Shown here: in pieces, positions 1 through 10,354 of the stretch
Layout: each line of letters opens with the position of its first letter
Position numbering within the stretch: the first letter of the stretch is position 1
NCBI GenBank assembly: GCA_963789405.1
Contig: CAWBKL010000003.1
Span: 613,452-677,451, forward strand
DNA: 64,000 nt
Source: an uncultured Alphaproteobacteria bacterium
Lineage (GTDB): Bacteria > Pseudomonadota > Alphaproteobacteria > CAWBKL01
Reading direction: 5' to 3'
Program-made: the position numbers and the translations under genes
Notes under the pieces: generated by a model
Databases searched by the model: none
Told to the model about the DNA's origin: nothing
Seen by the model: only the letters and a program-made list of their open reading frames with translations

Positions 1-716
1 GCGGGCCAATCGAGCCAAGCGGAGAGCGCGATGCCGATGGCGACCGCGGCGCTGGCAATCAATGTTGCGTGAAAGGCCATTTGACGAGGGGAGGCGGCGA
101 AGGCGCGCGCGGCTGCTGCGGGCATCGCCAGAAGGGAGACGATCAAGAGCGCACCGACCAGCTTCAAACCGAGTGCAACCACGAGCCCAAGCAATAGCGC
201 ATAGCCGAGTGAAATAACGCGCACTTGGGCGCCCTCCGCCTCCGCGATGTCGGGCTCGATGGTTGCAAGCACCAGCGGGCGCCAGAATTTGAAGATCGCG
301 CCGAGTGCGGCGAGCGCAAGCACGAATGTGATGAATACTGCGCGCCAGCCGACGCTGAGAATATCGCCGAAGAGATAACCCATGAGGTCGATTCTTACGC
401 GCGAGAGATAGACGATGAGGACAAGGGCGAGGGCGAGGGCACCATGCCCGACAACGCCGATCACGGTGTCGCTGGAGAGCCGCTTGCTGCGCGTCAGTTC
501 GTTGAGAACAGCAGCAAGCCCAAGCGATGTGATTGCCGCGCCGAGAATCGGGTTGATGCCGATGAGAAGACCCAGGGTAACGCCGAGCACCGCAGACTCA
601 GCGATTGCTGCGCCGAAGAAAGTCATTTTCCGCCACAGCATGAGCGAGCCGACGGGTCCGGCGATGAGCGCAATGGCAAGGCCGCCCGCAAGCGCGCGCA
701 CGATAAACTCATCCAT
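1..716 (-). CDS. znuB: Zinc ABC transporter permease (3' end runs off the window; not in the ORF track)
   Basis: Manual translation of the reverse strand from ATG at 716 gives MDEFIVRALAGGLAIALIAGPVGSLMLWRKMTFFGAAIAESAVLG..., a hydrophobic ABC-3 family protein. It overlaps the znuC stop. Confidence 0.9.
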   Translation of the reverse strand, partial: MDEFIVRALAGGLAIALIAGPVGSLMLWRKMTFFGAAIAESAVLGVTLGLLIGINPILGAAITSLGLAAVLNELTRSKRLSSDTVIGVVGHGALALALVLIVYLSRVRIDLMGYLFGDILSVGWRAVFITFVLALAALGAIFKFWRPLVLATIEPDIAEAEGAQVRVISLGYALLLGLVVALGLKLVGALLIVSLLAMPAAAARAFAASPRQMAFHATLIASAAVAIGIALSAWLDWP

Positions 717-1431
717 GCGCGGCCTTAGGGCGGCTATGCGGTGCGTCTTTCGTGACGTGCATTGCGGCTTCGGCCATCGCAGCACCAAAAAGCCGCTCGA
801 ACTCGGCGTGACGCGCCACCTCGCGCGGTGTGCCTTGCGCGACCGCGCGTGTATCAAGGCACAAGACGCGGTCGGCGAGGGGGAGAACGCTCAGCACGTC
901 ATGCGCGATCAAGAGCGTCGCGGCTTTGCTCGCGCGCGTATGCGCGGCGATGAGTCGATAAAGCGGCTCCTGGCTTGCAGCATCGACACCGGCGAGCGGC
1001 TCGTCGAGCACGAGTAGATTGGCGTTGCGGCCGAGCGCACGTGCCAGCAGCACACGGCGAAGCTCGCCCCCCGAGAGGCCCGCCAGCGGACGCTTCTGGA
1101 GGGACGCAATGCCGAGCGCCTCGAATGTCGTGCCGGCTGAAGGCGATGCATATTCGGCGAGCTTCAGGAAATCGCCAGCGGTCAAGGGCAGGCTTGGATC
1201 GCGCCGCGAAGCCTGCGGTACATAGCCGACGCAGATCTCGCTGCTGCGAATGACTTCGCCGTCATCCGGCTCTTCAAGGCCGATCAGCACCCGGGCGAGG
1301 GTCGATTTGCCGGCGCCGTTGGGACCGGTTGCGAGCACGAGCTCGCCGGGCTCGAGCGCGAGGCTCGCGGCCTCGAGCACGCGCTGATCGCCGTATCGCA
1401 CGGTGACGGACCTCGCCTCGATCAAGGACAT
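709..1431 (-). CDS. znuC: Zinc ABC transporter ATP-binding protein
   Basis: Walker A GPNGAGKST, GYVPQ, signature LSGGE, Walker B LLVLDEP. Lies between znuB and znuA. Confidence 0.92.
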   Translation of the reverse strand: MSLIEARSVTVRYGDQRVLEAASLALEPGELVLATGPNGAGKSTLARVLIGLEEPDDGEVIRSSEICVGYVPQASRRDPSLPLTAGDFLKLAEYASPSAGTTFEALGIASLQKRPLAGLSGGELRRVLLARALGRNANLLVLDEPLAGVDAASQEPLYRLIAAHTRASKAATLLIAHDVLSVLPLADRVLCLDTRAVAQGTPREVARHAEFERLFGAAMAEAAMHVTKDAPHSRPKAAHG

Positions 1432-1490
1432 GGGCTCTCATTCGGATCGCTGTGGGCGCGCGACTATGCCCGAGCCCAGTAATTTTGTAA

Positions 1491-1507
1491 GGGTTATAAT
1501 ATCACAT
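1491..1507. promoter_or_regulatory. Putative Zur box
   Basis: GTTATA-A-TATCAC at 1493-1505 is one mismatch from the GTTATA-N-TATAAC core of the proteobacterial Zur operator. It sits between divergent znuC and znuA. Confidence 0.7.
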
Positions 1508-1570
1508 ACCGATCTTCGGCTCGCGCTTGGCTGCGAAATCCGCTGGGCGAGCCAAAACGTGTTTGAAATC

Positions 1571-2485
1571 ATGAGCTTAATGAGAATTTTCGGCGTGGCT
1601 TTGGCTGTGCTGCTGGGCCTCGCGCCAGCACGGGGAAGGGCGATTGAGGTTGCCGCCTCGATCGCGCCGCTTCAGTCGCTGGTCATGGGGGTCATGGGCA
1701 GCACTGGCTCGCCGGCCCTCCTCATCCCGGGTGGGCAATCGCCCCACACATTCGCGCTCAGGCCCTCGACCCTCAGGGCAATCTCGCATGCGCGCATTGT
1801 GTTCCGGATCGGGCCGAACTTCGAAGCCTCGCTCAATGAGGCGCTGGCATCGGCGCAGCAGACCCAAGTGATCGATCTCATGGATGCGCCGGGCGTCGTG
1901 CTCTATCCCTCGCGCGATCTTGATCAGCTAAGTGTTCAGCCTACGGAGGGTCTTAAAGGGCATCTCACGGATGACCCGCATATCTGGCTCGATCCAGATA
2001 ATGCCCGGGCGATGGTGCGCATGATCGCCAAGACGTTGAGCGAGGACGACCCGGCGCAGGCCGGCACATATCGCGCTAATAAAGCTGTTGTTGAAGAATG
2101 GATCAGCGCGCTTGACGAGGCGATTCGCGCCGAGATCAAGCCGGCGCAGGGCCGGCACTTCATCGTGTTTCACGATGCCTACCAATATTTCGAGCGCCAT
2201 TATGGCCTCGATTTCGCCGATGCCGTCAGCGAAATGCCCGGCCGCGCGCCGGGCGCTAGGCATATCCATCAGGTGCGCGCGGAAATCAGAGCGGCGCATG
2301 TGGCCTGCGTCTTTTCGGAGCCGCAATTCGAGCCGGAGCTGGTCGCAACCATCACCGAGGGGCTGGGCGTACGCGTGGGCGTGCTCGATGCGCTCGGCGC
2401 TGAGATGAAACCGAGCCCGGATCTTTACTTCAACGTGATGCGCGGGCTTTCGCGCTCGATGGCCGAGTGCCTTTCGCCGCGATAG
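1571..2485 (+). CDS. znuA: Zinc ABC transporter substrate-binding protein
   Basis: Signal peptide (MSLMRIFGVALAVLLGLAPARG), ASIAPL, metal ligand motifs SPH, DPHIW and FHDAY, FSEPQF. Start is 1571 or 1580, not 1403. Confidence 0.9.
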   Translation: MSLMRIFGVALAVLLGLAPARGRAIEVAASIAPLQSLVMGVMGSTGSPALLIPGGQSPHTFALRPSTLRAISHARIVFRIGPNFEASLNEALASAQQTQVIDLMDAPGVVLYPSRDLDQLSVQPTEGLKGHLTDDPHIWLDPDNARAMVRMIAKTLSEDDPAQAGTYRANKAVVEEWISALDEAIRAEIKPAQGRHFIVFHDAYQYFERHYGLDFADAVSEMPGRAPGARHIHQVRAEIRAAHVACVFSEPQFEPELVATITEGLGVRVGVLDALGAEMKPSPDLYFNVMRGLSRSMAECLSPR

Positions 2486-2555
2486 AGCGGCTTGCCACGC
2501 CTGCCCAAATCGTCCTTCCGTTTACGGACGGAATCTTCATTCGGCGAGGCGAAGG

Positions 2556-3125
2556 ATGAACGCTCCCATCGACAAGCGCGGCCTGATTCTCGGCGCGGCG
2601 CTTAAGCTCTTCAGCGAGCGTGGCTTCCACGGCACGGCGGTGCCCGACATCGCGCGGGCGGCAGGTGTCGGCACCGGCACGATTTATCGCTATTTCCCCG
2701 ACAAAGAGGGGCTCGTCAACGCGCTCTTCCAGCATTGGCGCTCGCGCTTCAATCAGGCAGTGCTGGCGCCGATGCCGGCGGGCCTGAGCCCGCAGGGGCA
2801 ATTCGATCTTTATTGGCAGCGCCTGGTCGGCTTTGCGCGCGCCGAGCCCATCGCCGCGCGGTTTTTGGAGCTGCATCATCACGGCGATTATCTCGATGAG
2901 GCGAGCAAGAGCATTCAGCGCGTCTATCCCGCCGCCATGCGCAATTTCGTGCGCGCGGGGATTGGTGCCGGCATCTTGCGCGCGGCGCCGCCAGAGGCGC
3001 TGATCGCGCTGATGCAAGGCGCAATGCTGGGCCTTTTAAAGCAGGATGAGGCAGGGGCGGGGGTGATCACCGAGCGCCTGAGCGAAGAAACCGGTGCCTG
3101 CATCTGGCGCGCCATCGCAGCCTAG
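2556..3125 (+). CDS. TetR/AcrR family transcriptional regulator
   Basis: N-terminal HTH AALKLFSERGFHGTAVPDIARAAGVGTGTIYRYF. Confidence 0.92.
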   Translation: MNAPIDKRGLILGAALKLFSERGFHGTAVPDIARAAGVGTGTIYRYFPDKEGLVNALFQHWRSRFNQAVLAPMPAGLSPQGQFDLYWQRLVGFARAEPIAARFLELHHHGDYLDEASKSIQRVYPAAMRNFVRAGIGAGILRAAPPEALIALMQGAMLGLLKQDEAGAGVITERLSEETGACIWRAIAA

Positions 3126-3194
3126 CGCCTAGAATCTACTGTTTGGCCCATAGCGGACGTTGCGTGCGGCGCCGGAACTACGCATCCTTGGCCC

Positions 3195-3965
3195 ATGCGG
3201 ACAAATCTGGTTCAGGGGCAAAGTGCCGGCGGCCTATTGCGCCAAGCCTGCCGGCAATTCGGCGTGCCGGGTTCCGTCTATGTCATCGACGATGATCTTG
3301 CGGTCGGTCCGCTTTGCGATGACACAACTCGCAACAAATGGTGGGACATTATTTGGACCGCTGAATATGAGGAGTCATACGACCGCAACTTGTACAGCCA
3401 ATGGAAAGCGCTGGGAGATCACTTGCGGGCTCAAGAGATCGAGCAACTTGTGATCTGGTCTTCAAATTCCGCGCACGACTACGTCCTCGACTGCATGGCG
3501 GCGGCGATGTTGAAAGACTATAGCGGCGCGATTTTTCGCCTTGAGGTGCCACCGTCGGGCAACCTGAACGGAGTCAGTTTTTTCAAGCCTGAAAAGCTAG
3601 CTGCATTCGAGACGCTGAAGCGTGCCTTGGATCGCGACACTCTGGCGAGACTGGCGAACGACTTCGATCAGAGATGGCGAAACAGCGCTGGCATTCGACA
3701 TCTTGGCGATGACGGACTCGAATTGCTGCCGGATGATGTGCTCGATCGATCCCTGTTGGATCAATGCCCTTCTGAGTGGACCAAGTGGCATCGCGTCATC
3801 GGCGCTGTAATGGGGGAATGCGATGGTCGAAACCTCATGGGAGATGCCTTTCTTGGCTGGCGCCTGCACTGCCTCGTAAAGGCCGGCAAGATCGAAATGC
3901 AAGGCGCCGCGCGCTTCGCTGGGGATCGGTCGAAAGTGCTGGTTCGGCGCTCCGAGGGCACCTGA
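3195..3965 (+). CDS. DUF1835/DUF3658-type protein
   Basis: N-terminal GQSAGGLLRQA...DDLAVGPL and C-terminal RVIGAVMG...GDAFLGWRLHCLV match this uncharacterised family as I recall it. Confidence 0.7.
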   Translation: MRTNLVQGQSAGGLLRQACRQFGVPGSVYVIDDDLAVGPLCDDTTRNKWWDIIWTAEYEESYDRNLYSQWKALGDHLRAQEIEQLVIWSSNSAHDYVLDCMAAAMLKDYSGAIFRLEVPPSGNLNGVSFFKPEKLAAFETLKRALDRDTLARLANDFDQRWRNSAGIRHLGDDGLELLPDDVLDRSLLDQCPSEWTKWHRVIGAVMGECDGRNLMGDAFLGWRLHCLVKAGKIEMQGAARFAGDRSKVLVRRSEGT

Positions 3966-4012
3966 GCAACCCGCTTCCGGTAAACGGCGGACAGTGCCTG
4001 CGGAATGCAGAA

Positions 4013-4426
4013 CTAGCCGTTACGCCGTATCATCAGCTGGCGAAGCAGCAGCGTGCATTTTTTTGCGCCAAGAATCTGGTCCGTTGCTTCTTGAAGCCGT
4101 TTGCGAATCACTTCGGCATCCGGCGAGTGATGCATGGCCAAGTCGCGCGATGCGTAAAGATTGAGAACCTGGATATAGAGATCGGTCAGGCGGGGCATTT
4201 GCTCTTCGGCCTGTTTGCGCTCATCGAGTGTGCCGGCATCAAGCCCGACTTCCACCACCAGCATGCCGCGGCTCGCCCCATCCCGGATAATCGAGACGGG
4301 GATGGGATCAACGGCGAAATAGGGGCTTTGTGAGCTCTCGGCGCTCTCCTTGGCTTCGCTGGCATGCGAGGCCGTTACGGCGCAGAGCGCCGCCAATCCC
4401 AGCACAAGCGGAAGCCAAGAACGCAT
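4013..4426 (-). CDS. FliL-like protein
   Basis: N-terminal hydrophobic segment, then YFAVDPIPVSII...MPRLTDLYIQVL...IRKRL...LLLRQ, which resembles the FliL domain. Confidence 0.6.
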   Translation of the reverse strand: MRSWLPLVLGLAALCAVTASHASEAKESAESSQSPYFAVDPIPVSIIRDGASRGMLVVEVGLDAGTLDERKQAEEQMPRLTDLYIQVLNLYASRDLAMHHSPDAEVIRKRLQEATDQILGAKKCTLLLRQLMIRRNG

Positions 4427-4555
4427 ACACTTAGGCCTTACCCAACCCTGCTAACAAAGCACCATCGCCTTAAGGAACTTTGCCGCTTCGTCATCTCGTT
4501 CCGACCACGAGTCATGGTAAATGAGCGGCAACCAAGATCGAGCGGGAGGAAAGCC

Positions 4556-5796
4556 ATGTGGGGCCGAGTCTTCATGCGCATTGGCGCGCTTGTGCTTCTG
4601 GGCTGTCTTGCAAGCCTTATGGCCATGGCCGGTCCGATGGAGCCGCCTGGCACGCGCATCGAGATCAAGCCCAGCGATCTTCCGCCCGTCCTGCAGAGCC
4701 AGAATGCCTTCAACGGCCCGGCGCGGATTGCGCGCGGGCCCAAAGACATGCCGCTGGTGCCGAAGGGATTTCACGTCAATTTGTTTGCCGAAGGTCTCGA
4801 TTATCCGCGCTGGCTCGCGGTGGCGCAGAACGGCGATGTGTTTCTCGCCGAGCCAATGCCGGCGATGTGCGTGTGCTGCGGGATCTCGATGGCGACGGCG
4901 AGGCCGATCTGAACCGCAAATTCGCCGAAGGCTTTCGACCGCCCGCATGGGCTCGCCTTTCACGGCGGCTTTCTTTACATCGCCGATCTCAAAGCCGTCT
5001 GGAAAGTGCCGCTACAAGACGGGCGACACGCAGGGCGGTGCGCGCGTGCCCGTCACACGGCCCGGCATGATCGGCAGTGTCGGCAACCACTGGACGCGTA
5101 ATATCGCGTTTGCGCCCGACGGCAAGAGTTTCTTCGTTGCAATCGGGTCGAACAGCAATCTCGACGAGGAGCCTTCACCGCAAGCGAGCGGTGCAGCAGT
5201 TTTCGGCTAATGGCGCGCCCATGGGTACCTGGGCTTCGGGCCTCAGAAACCCCGTCGGCATCGCATTTAAGCCTGGCACGAACGATCTTTATGTCGTCGT
5301 CAATGAGCGCGACACCTATGGCAACAATCTGGTGCCGGATTATCTGACCAAGATCGAAAAGGGCGACTTCTTTGGCTGGCCCTATGCCTATATCGGCCCG
5401 CATCCCGATCCGCAGTATGGCTCGAAATCGCCTGGGCTGGTGCAGCGGACGAAAGTGCCTGATCTGTTGTTCCGATCGCATTCGGCGCCGATCGGGCTTG
5501 TGTTCTATGACCGGACGGCGTTTCCAGCCGAATATCGCGGCGGCGCTTTCGTTTCGCTCCACGGCTCGTGGAACCGCCAGGAACCGAGCGGCTACAAAGT
5601 CGTTTATGTGCCCTTCGCTAACGGCAAGCCGGAAGGCGATTACATCACCTTTGCGTCGGGCTTCTGGAAGAGCGGCGATAAACGCGCGCAGGTCTGGGGG
5701 CGGCCTGCCGGGCTCGCCATTGCCGCGGACGGCAGCCTTCTCATTGCCGATGACACGGCGAATGTGATCTGGCGCGTGAGTTATACCGGGCAGTGA
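4556..5796 (+). CDS. PQQ-dependent sugar/sorbosone dehydrogenase family protein (at least 3 frameshifts)
   Basis: GGAGG RBS before ATG 4556. Fragments in successive frames: FAEGLDYPRWLAVAQNGDVFLAE, PHGLAF, GNHWTRNIAF, GLRNPVGIAF...VVNERD...PDY, HSAPIG, GRPAGLAIAADGSLLIADD. Confidence 0.85.
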
Positions 5797-5885
5797 GGTT
5801 CACGCAGCATTAAGCCTAACCGATTGCATTCGATTCAAAATCGAAAAATTGATCCGTGTACGCCCTTTGTGCTAAGGCTCATGCG

Positions 5886-6227
5886 ATGGTGGACGCACTC
5901 TCGATAGGGCTTTCGGGCCTGCGCGCGGCAGAAACGCAAGTGAACGCCAGCGCGATCAATATCGCCAATATGAACACCAAGGGCTATGTCCCGGTTCAGG
6001 CGGTGCAGCAATCGACGTCCGGCGGCGTCAAAGCCTCGATCGAGAAGCAGGCGCTTTCGCCTGAGACCCAAGCGGCACTCGCCGATATTCCAGGCGGTGC
6101 TGAAGATCTTGCATCCGATGTCGTGCAGATGAAGATGGCGCAAAATGCCTATAAGGCTTCGGCCAAGGTCATCGAGACGGCGAATGAGATGCAGGATGTC
6201 CTGCTTCAAACGATCGGCGGGAAATAG
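5886..6227 (+). CDS. Flagellar basal-body rod (FlgB/FlgC-like N- and C-terminal motif) small protein
   Basis: N-terminal SGLRAA...SAINIANMNT and C-terminal DLASDVVQMKMAQNAYKASAKVIET are the rod-protein motifs. Confidence 0.75.
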   Translation: MVDALSIGLSGLRAAETQVNASAINIANMNTKGYVPVQAVQQSTSGGVKASIEKQALSPETQAALADIPGGAEDLASDVVQMKMAQNAYKASAKVIETANEMQDVLLQTIGGK

Positions 6228-6242
6228 CCTGAACCTCGCGCC

Positions 6243-7470
6243 TCAGTGCGCAGCCGGCTGTTGAAGGGCGGTGAGCACGCGTTCCGCGCTGCCCAGCGCC
6301 CATGTCCATCCAAATGCGCCGTGACCGACATTGAGAAGCAGATTTCTTATGCGCGTTCGACCGATAAGCGGCAGGCCGTTCGGCGTCATTGGCCGAAGCC
6401 CCGTCCAGGCTTGAACGGGCGATTTATAATCTGCTGCGCCTGGAAACAGACGCTGCGCGACAGCTAAGAGCGCGTCCGTTTGCCGCTCGTCGAGCTGCGA
6501 ATCGAGCCCGGCGAATTCGGCAAATCCGGCAATTCGCAATTTCTCTCCCAACCGGCAGCAAACGAAACGATGTGCCGTGTCGGTGATGCTGATCGCCGGC
6601 GCATTCTCGCCGGGCGCCAATGTCACGCTGTAGCCCTTGACCGGATAGATCGGAAGCTTGATGCCCAGTGGTCTTGCGAGCGCGCCCGCCCAAGGTCCGG
6701 CGCAAAGGACGAAGACATCGCCCTCAATGCGGCCGCGATTCGTCTCCGCCCATTGGATCAAATCCCCTTTTCAGCTCCAATCGCGTGACCTCACAGCTCA
6801 AAAGCGTCTGCGCGCCATAGCGGCTTTGGCATTCGCGAATTAGCGCGGCAGCAAATTGATTGGCATCGCCCGCCTCATCGGTTTTGGAAAGGACGGCGCC
6901 CGCTATCTTGCCGCGATAATCCGACAGTGCCGGCTCGCGCTCCTGGCATTGAGCGGCGCTTAAGAGCTCGACATCAAAACCGGCTTGCCGTTTCAACGTG
7001 GTAAGGGCTCGTGCGCCATCGAGAGCTTGCTCGTCACTGTAAAGGACGAGCTTTCCGGCGCGGGCATGATCAAATGCAAATGATTGTTCGCTGGCGATGC
7101 GCCGCATGGCTTTTGCGGACTGCAGGGAAAGGTCAAACGCGCCGCGCGCGTTTCGCTCGAAATTGGCGCGCGTGCATTGCCGGAGGAATTGAATGCCCCA
7201 GGAAAGCAGCGCGAGATCGAACCGGTCTTTTCTCACGCGGAGCGCAAAGTCGTTTCCAAATAGCGCGGAGAAGGTCTGCCGAAGCATTCCGGGGCGGGCG
7301 AGGGGCTCAACATAGGAATAGCTAAGCTGTGCGCCATTGGCGAAGCTTGTTTGCGTCGCCGCGGCGGCTTCGCGTTCCAGAATGGTCACGTGATAGCCGG
7401 CTTCGGCCAGCACATAGGCGGTGGCCGCGCCCACAATGCCGGCACCGATCACGACTGCGCGCTCTGCCAT
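6243..7470 (-). CDS. dadA: D-amino acid dehydrogenase family FAD oxidoreductase (frameshift near 6760)
   Basis: VVIGAGIVG FAD motif, TSFANGAQLSYSY, PIYPVKGYS, WTGLRPMTP, NVGHGAFGWT. Confidence 0.82.
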
Positions 7471-7573
7471 GTGCTCTATCCACTTGGGTGGCCCGCGATA
7501 ATTCGCCAAGGCAATAGAAACAGGTGCGTCTCGGGAAGGGTAGGGCGCGCACGCAATAGAGGGCGAATGCCCT

Positions 7574-8536
7574 TTACGTTAAGCGGCGTGCGAGCGCATC
7601 GGTTGCCGTGCGAATCGCCGCGATATTTCCCGCTTCTCGCCAGGTGTGTCCGGCGTCCGGAACAATCGTCAGGCGGCTGCGCCCAAGCGCCTTGTGGAGC
7701 TGATATGCGGTGATCAGCGGACAAACAAGGTCATATCGGCCGGCAATGATCTGCACGTCGATCTCGGCCAGCTTGGCAGGCAGCTCGCGCAGCAACGCAT
7801 CGCCGTCAATGAAACCATGATGGAGGAAATAGTGGTTCTCGATCAGCGAATGCGACAGCACATAATCAGGATCTGACATTTCCTTTGAGAGCGCTGCCTC
7901 GTCCACTTGCAGCGCGGAGACGCGCTTTTCCAACAGAGTCCACATTTCGATTGCCTGGCGGCGCGCGTCGGCGTCCGTGCTGTGAAACAGCTTGTCGTAG
8001 CCTTTGATTGGGTTGCTTCGCTCTTCGGCCGGAAGGAGCTCGATATATCTTTCGAAGATCTCGGGGAAGAAATGATGCGCGAGGCCCTGCGGGTAGTATA
8101 GCCCTTCAAGCTCGCTTTGGCGGCACAAGAATATGCCGTAGAGGATCATGGCGTTCACGCTGCTTGCGTGCGCGTTCGCATAAGCAAGCGCGAGCGTGCT
8201 GCCCCATGAGCCGCCGAACAGGCTCCATGTGGATATGTCGAGCGATTGTCGCAGCGCCTCCATGTCGGCGATTAGATGCGCGGTTGTGTTGGCTTTGAGG
8301 CTGCCATGCGGGCGGCTTCTGCCGCTGCCACGTTGATCGTGAAGAATGATGCGGAACTTTTCCGGATTGAAGAATCTGCGCTGTGTTGGATTGGTCCCGC
8401 TTCCCGGCCCGCCATGAAGAAAGGCGATTGCTCGGCCCTTGGGGTTGCCGGACTCCTCGAAATAGATCGAGTGGCCATCGGAAACAGCGAGTGAGCTGGC
8501 GTTGTAGGGCTCGATCGGTGGGTAGAGGTAATCCAT
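7574..8536 (-). CDS. pip: Prolyl aminopeptidase (proline iminopeptidase, S33)
   Basis: LYPPIEPY...GHSIYFEESGNPKG, LHGGPG, DQRGSGRS, nucleophile GGSWG, GRYDLVCP, GH. Likely start at MDYLYPP (8536). Confidence 0.92.
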   Translation of the reverse strand: MDYLYPPIEPYNASSLAVSDGHSIYFEESGNPKGRAIAFLHGGPGSGTNPTQRRFFNPEKFRIILHDQRGSGRSRPHGSLKANTTAHLIADMEALRQSLDISTWSLFGGSWGSTLALAYANAHASSVNAMILYGIFLCRQSELEGLYYPQGLAHHFFPEIFERYIELLPAEERSNPIKGYDKLFHSTDADARRQAIEMWTLLEKRVSALQVDEAALSKEMSDPDYVLSHSLIENHYFLHHGFIDGDALLRELPAKLAEIDVQIIAGRYDLVCPLITAYQLHKALGRSRLTIVPDAGHTWREAGNIAAIRTATDALARRLT

Positions 8537-8772
8537 TGGCGGTCCGGTCGAGCCAGGCTCTGCAGTATGTAGACAAAGATTCAGCTTGCCAATGATGACT
8601 GGTGAGGGGTCATCACCTATAACTCGGCGTTGGCCGTCGCCGTGGACCGGTCTTGCTGGCGGCAATGGGGGATTTTAATGATCCGGCGTGCTTTGTTGAA
8701 TGCTGTTCTTTCCGATTCCTATCGTTTCGAGAAGGTGCTGCCGGCAAGCGAATACATCAGCGGCATCGACTA

Positions 8773-10307
8773 TTGATCCCGCCGGCCGACGCTCAACGCC
8801 TTTCCACTTGGTTGGGCTTTGCCATGATGTGCGTCGGCATGTTCATGGCGATACTCGACGTTCAAGTCGTTGCGACCTCGCTCCCGACAATCCAGCATGC
8901 GCTCAATATCGATCGCGAGCGGATCAGTTGGCTGCAAACCTGCTATTTGATCGCTGAAGTCATCTCAATTCCACTGACAGGCTTTCTGACGCGCATGTTG
9001 ACGATGCGCTGGATGTTTGTTGTGACTGTCACAGCCTTCAGCATCGCATCGATCGGCTGCGCTCTAAGTGGCGACTTCACGAGTCTCGTCATTTGGCGCG
9101 TCTTGCAGGGCTTTGCTGCGGGCACGTTGATACCCGCCGTCTTTTCCGCGGTATTTCTGCTCTTTCCGTTCAGCGCACAGGCGCTCGCAACCAGCGTTGC
9201 GGGCGTGCTTGCGCTGCTCGCGCCGACCGCCGGGCCGATCATCGGCGGCTGGATCACACAAACCTATTCCTGGCATTGGTTGTTTCTGATCAATGTCGGG
9301 CCGGGACTTCTGTCGGCGGCACTCGCCGCACTGTTTCTGCCAAGGGAACGGCTGAACCTTGAAGAGGTTTGGCGGCTTAATCCGATTTCACTTGTTCTGC
9401 TCTCGCTCGCTCTCACCACGCTCGAAATCGGCCTCAAGGAAGCGCCGGACAAGGGCTGGCTCTCGCTCCTGGTGATAGCGCTCTTTTCCAGCTCAGTGGC
9501 AGCCGGCGCCGCCTTTGTCGGTCTGTCGCTTCGTTCACGGACCCCATTTGTCAACCTTCACACATTCGGCGACATCACGTTCTCCGTCGGCTGCATTTTA
9601 AACTTCGTGCTCGGGATCGGCTTGTTCGGCTCGATCTATATGATGCCGGTCTTCCTCGGTTATGTGCGCAATCACGGTGCGCTCGAAATCGGCAAAATCG
9701 TCCTCGTGACCGGGCTCGCACAGTTGGTGATGTCGCCAATTGCAACGGTGGCGGAGCGGCGAACCGATCCAAGGCTGCTATCAGCAATCGGGTTTCTGGT
9801 CTTTGCAATCGGTCTTGGCCTCAGCGCTTGGCAAACCACAACCACCGACTCGGCCGAGATGTTTTGGCCTCAGATTATCCGTGGCGTTTCCATGATGCTT
9901 TGCCTGTTACCGGCCACGCGTCTGGCGCTTGGCCATTTGCCGGCAGAGAAAGTCCCTGATGCAAGCGGGCTCTTCAATTTGATGCGCAATCTTGGCGGCG
10001 CCGTCGGGATCGCGATGATCGACAGCATCATTTATGGTCTCGCCCCAGGGCGGGCGAGCGCAATCACCCAGCGTCTGATCGCCGGCGATTATGCGACTGC
10101 GAAGGCCGTCGGCATCCCGCTCGAAATGTTCGCAATGCGCCCCCCGGGCCCTTGGATTCGTCTACCAAGGCACTTCTCGAACCGATGATTTCGCGCCTGG
10201 CGTTCACCGAAGCCATGAATACGGCCTGGGCCGTTGTTGCGGCCTTGACCTTGGCTTCAATCTTTAGCGTCATGCTCGCGAAGAGGTTCGGACCCTCTGG
10301 ACGGTAG
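8773..10307 (+). CDS. DHA2-family (EmrB/QacA) MFS efflux permease (frameshift near 10148)
   Basis: GMFMAILDVQVVATSLP, WLQTCYLIAEVI, RVLQG, PIIGGWIT, WHWLFLINV, ASGLFNLMRNLGGAVG. The C-terminus continues in another frame (...LAFTEAMNTAWAVVAALT...) to TAG at 10307. The TTG start at 8773 is inferred. Confidence 0.88.
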
Positions 10308-10354
10308 CTGGATGCGAATGACAGTGTTTCGTCCAAGCAAAACGAAAGCAAGTT

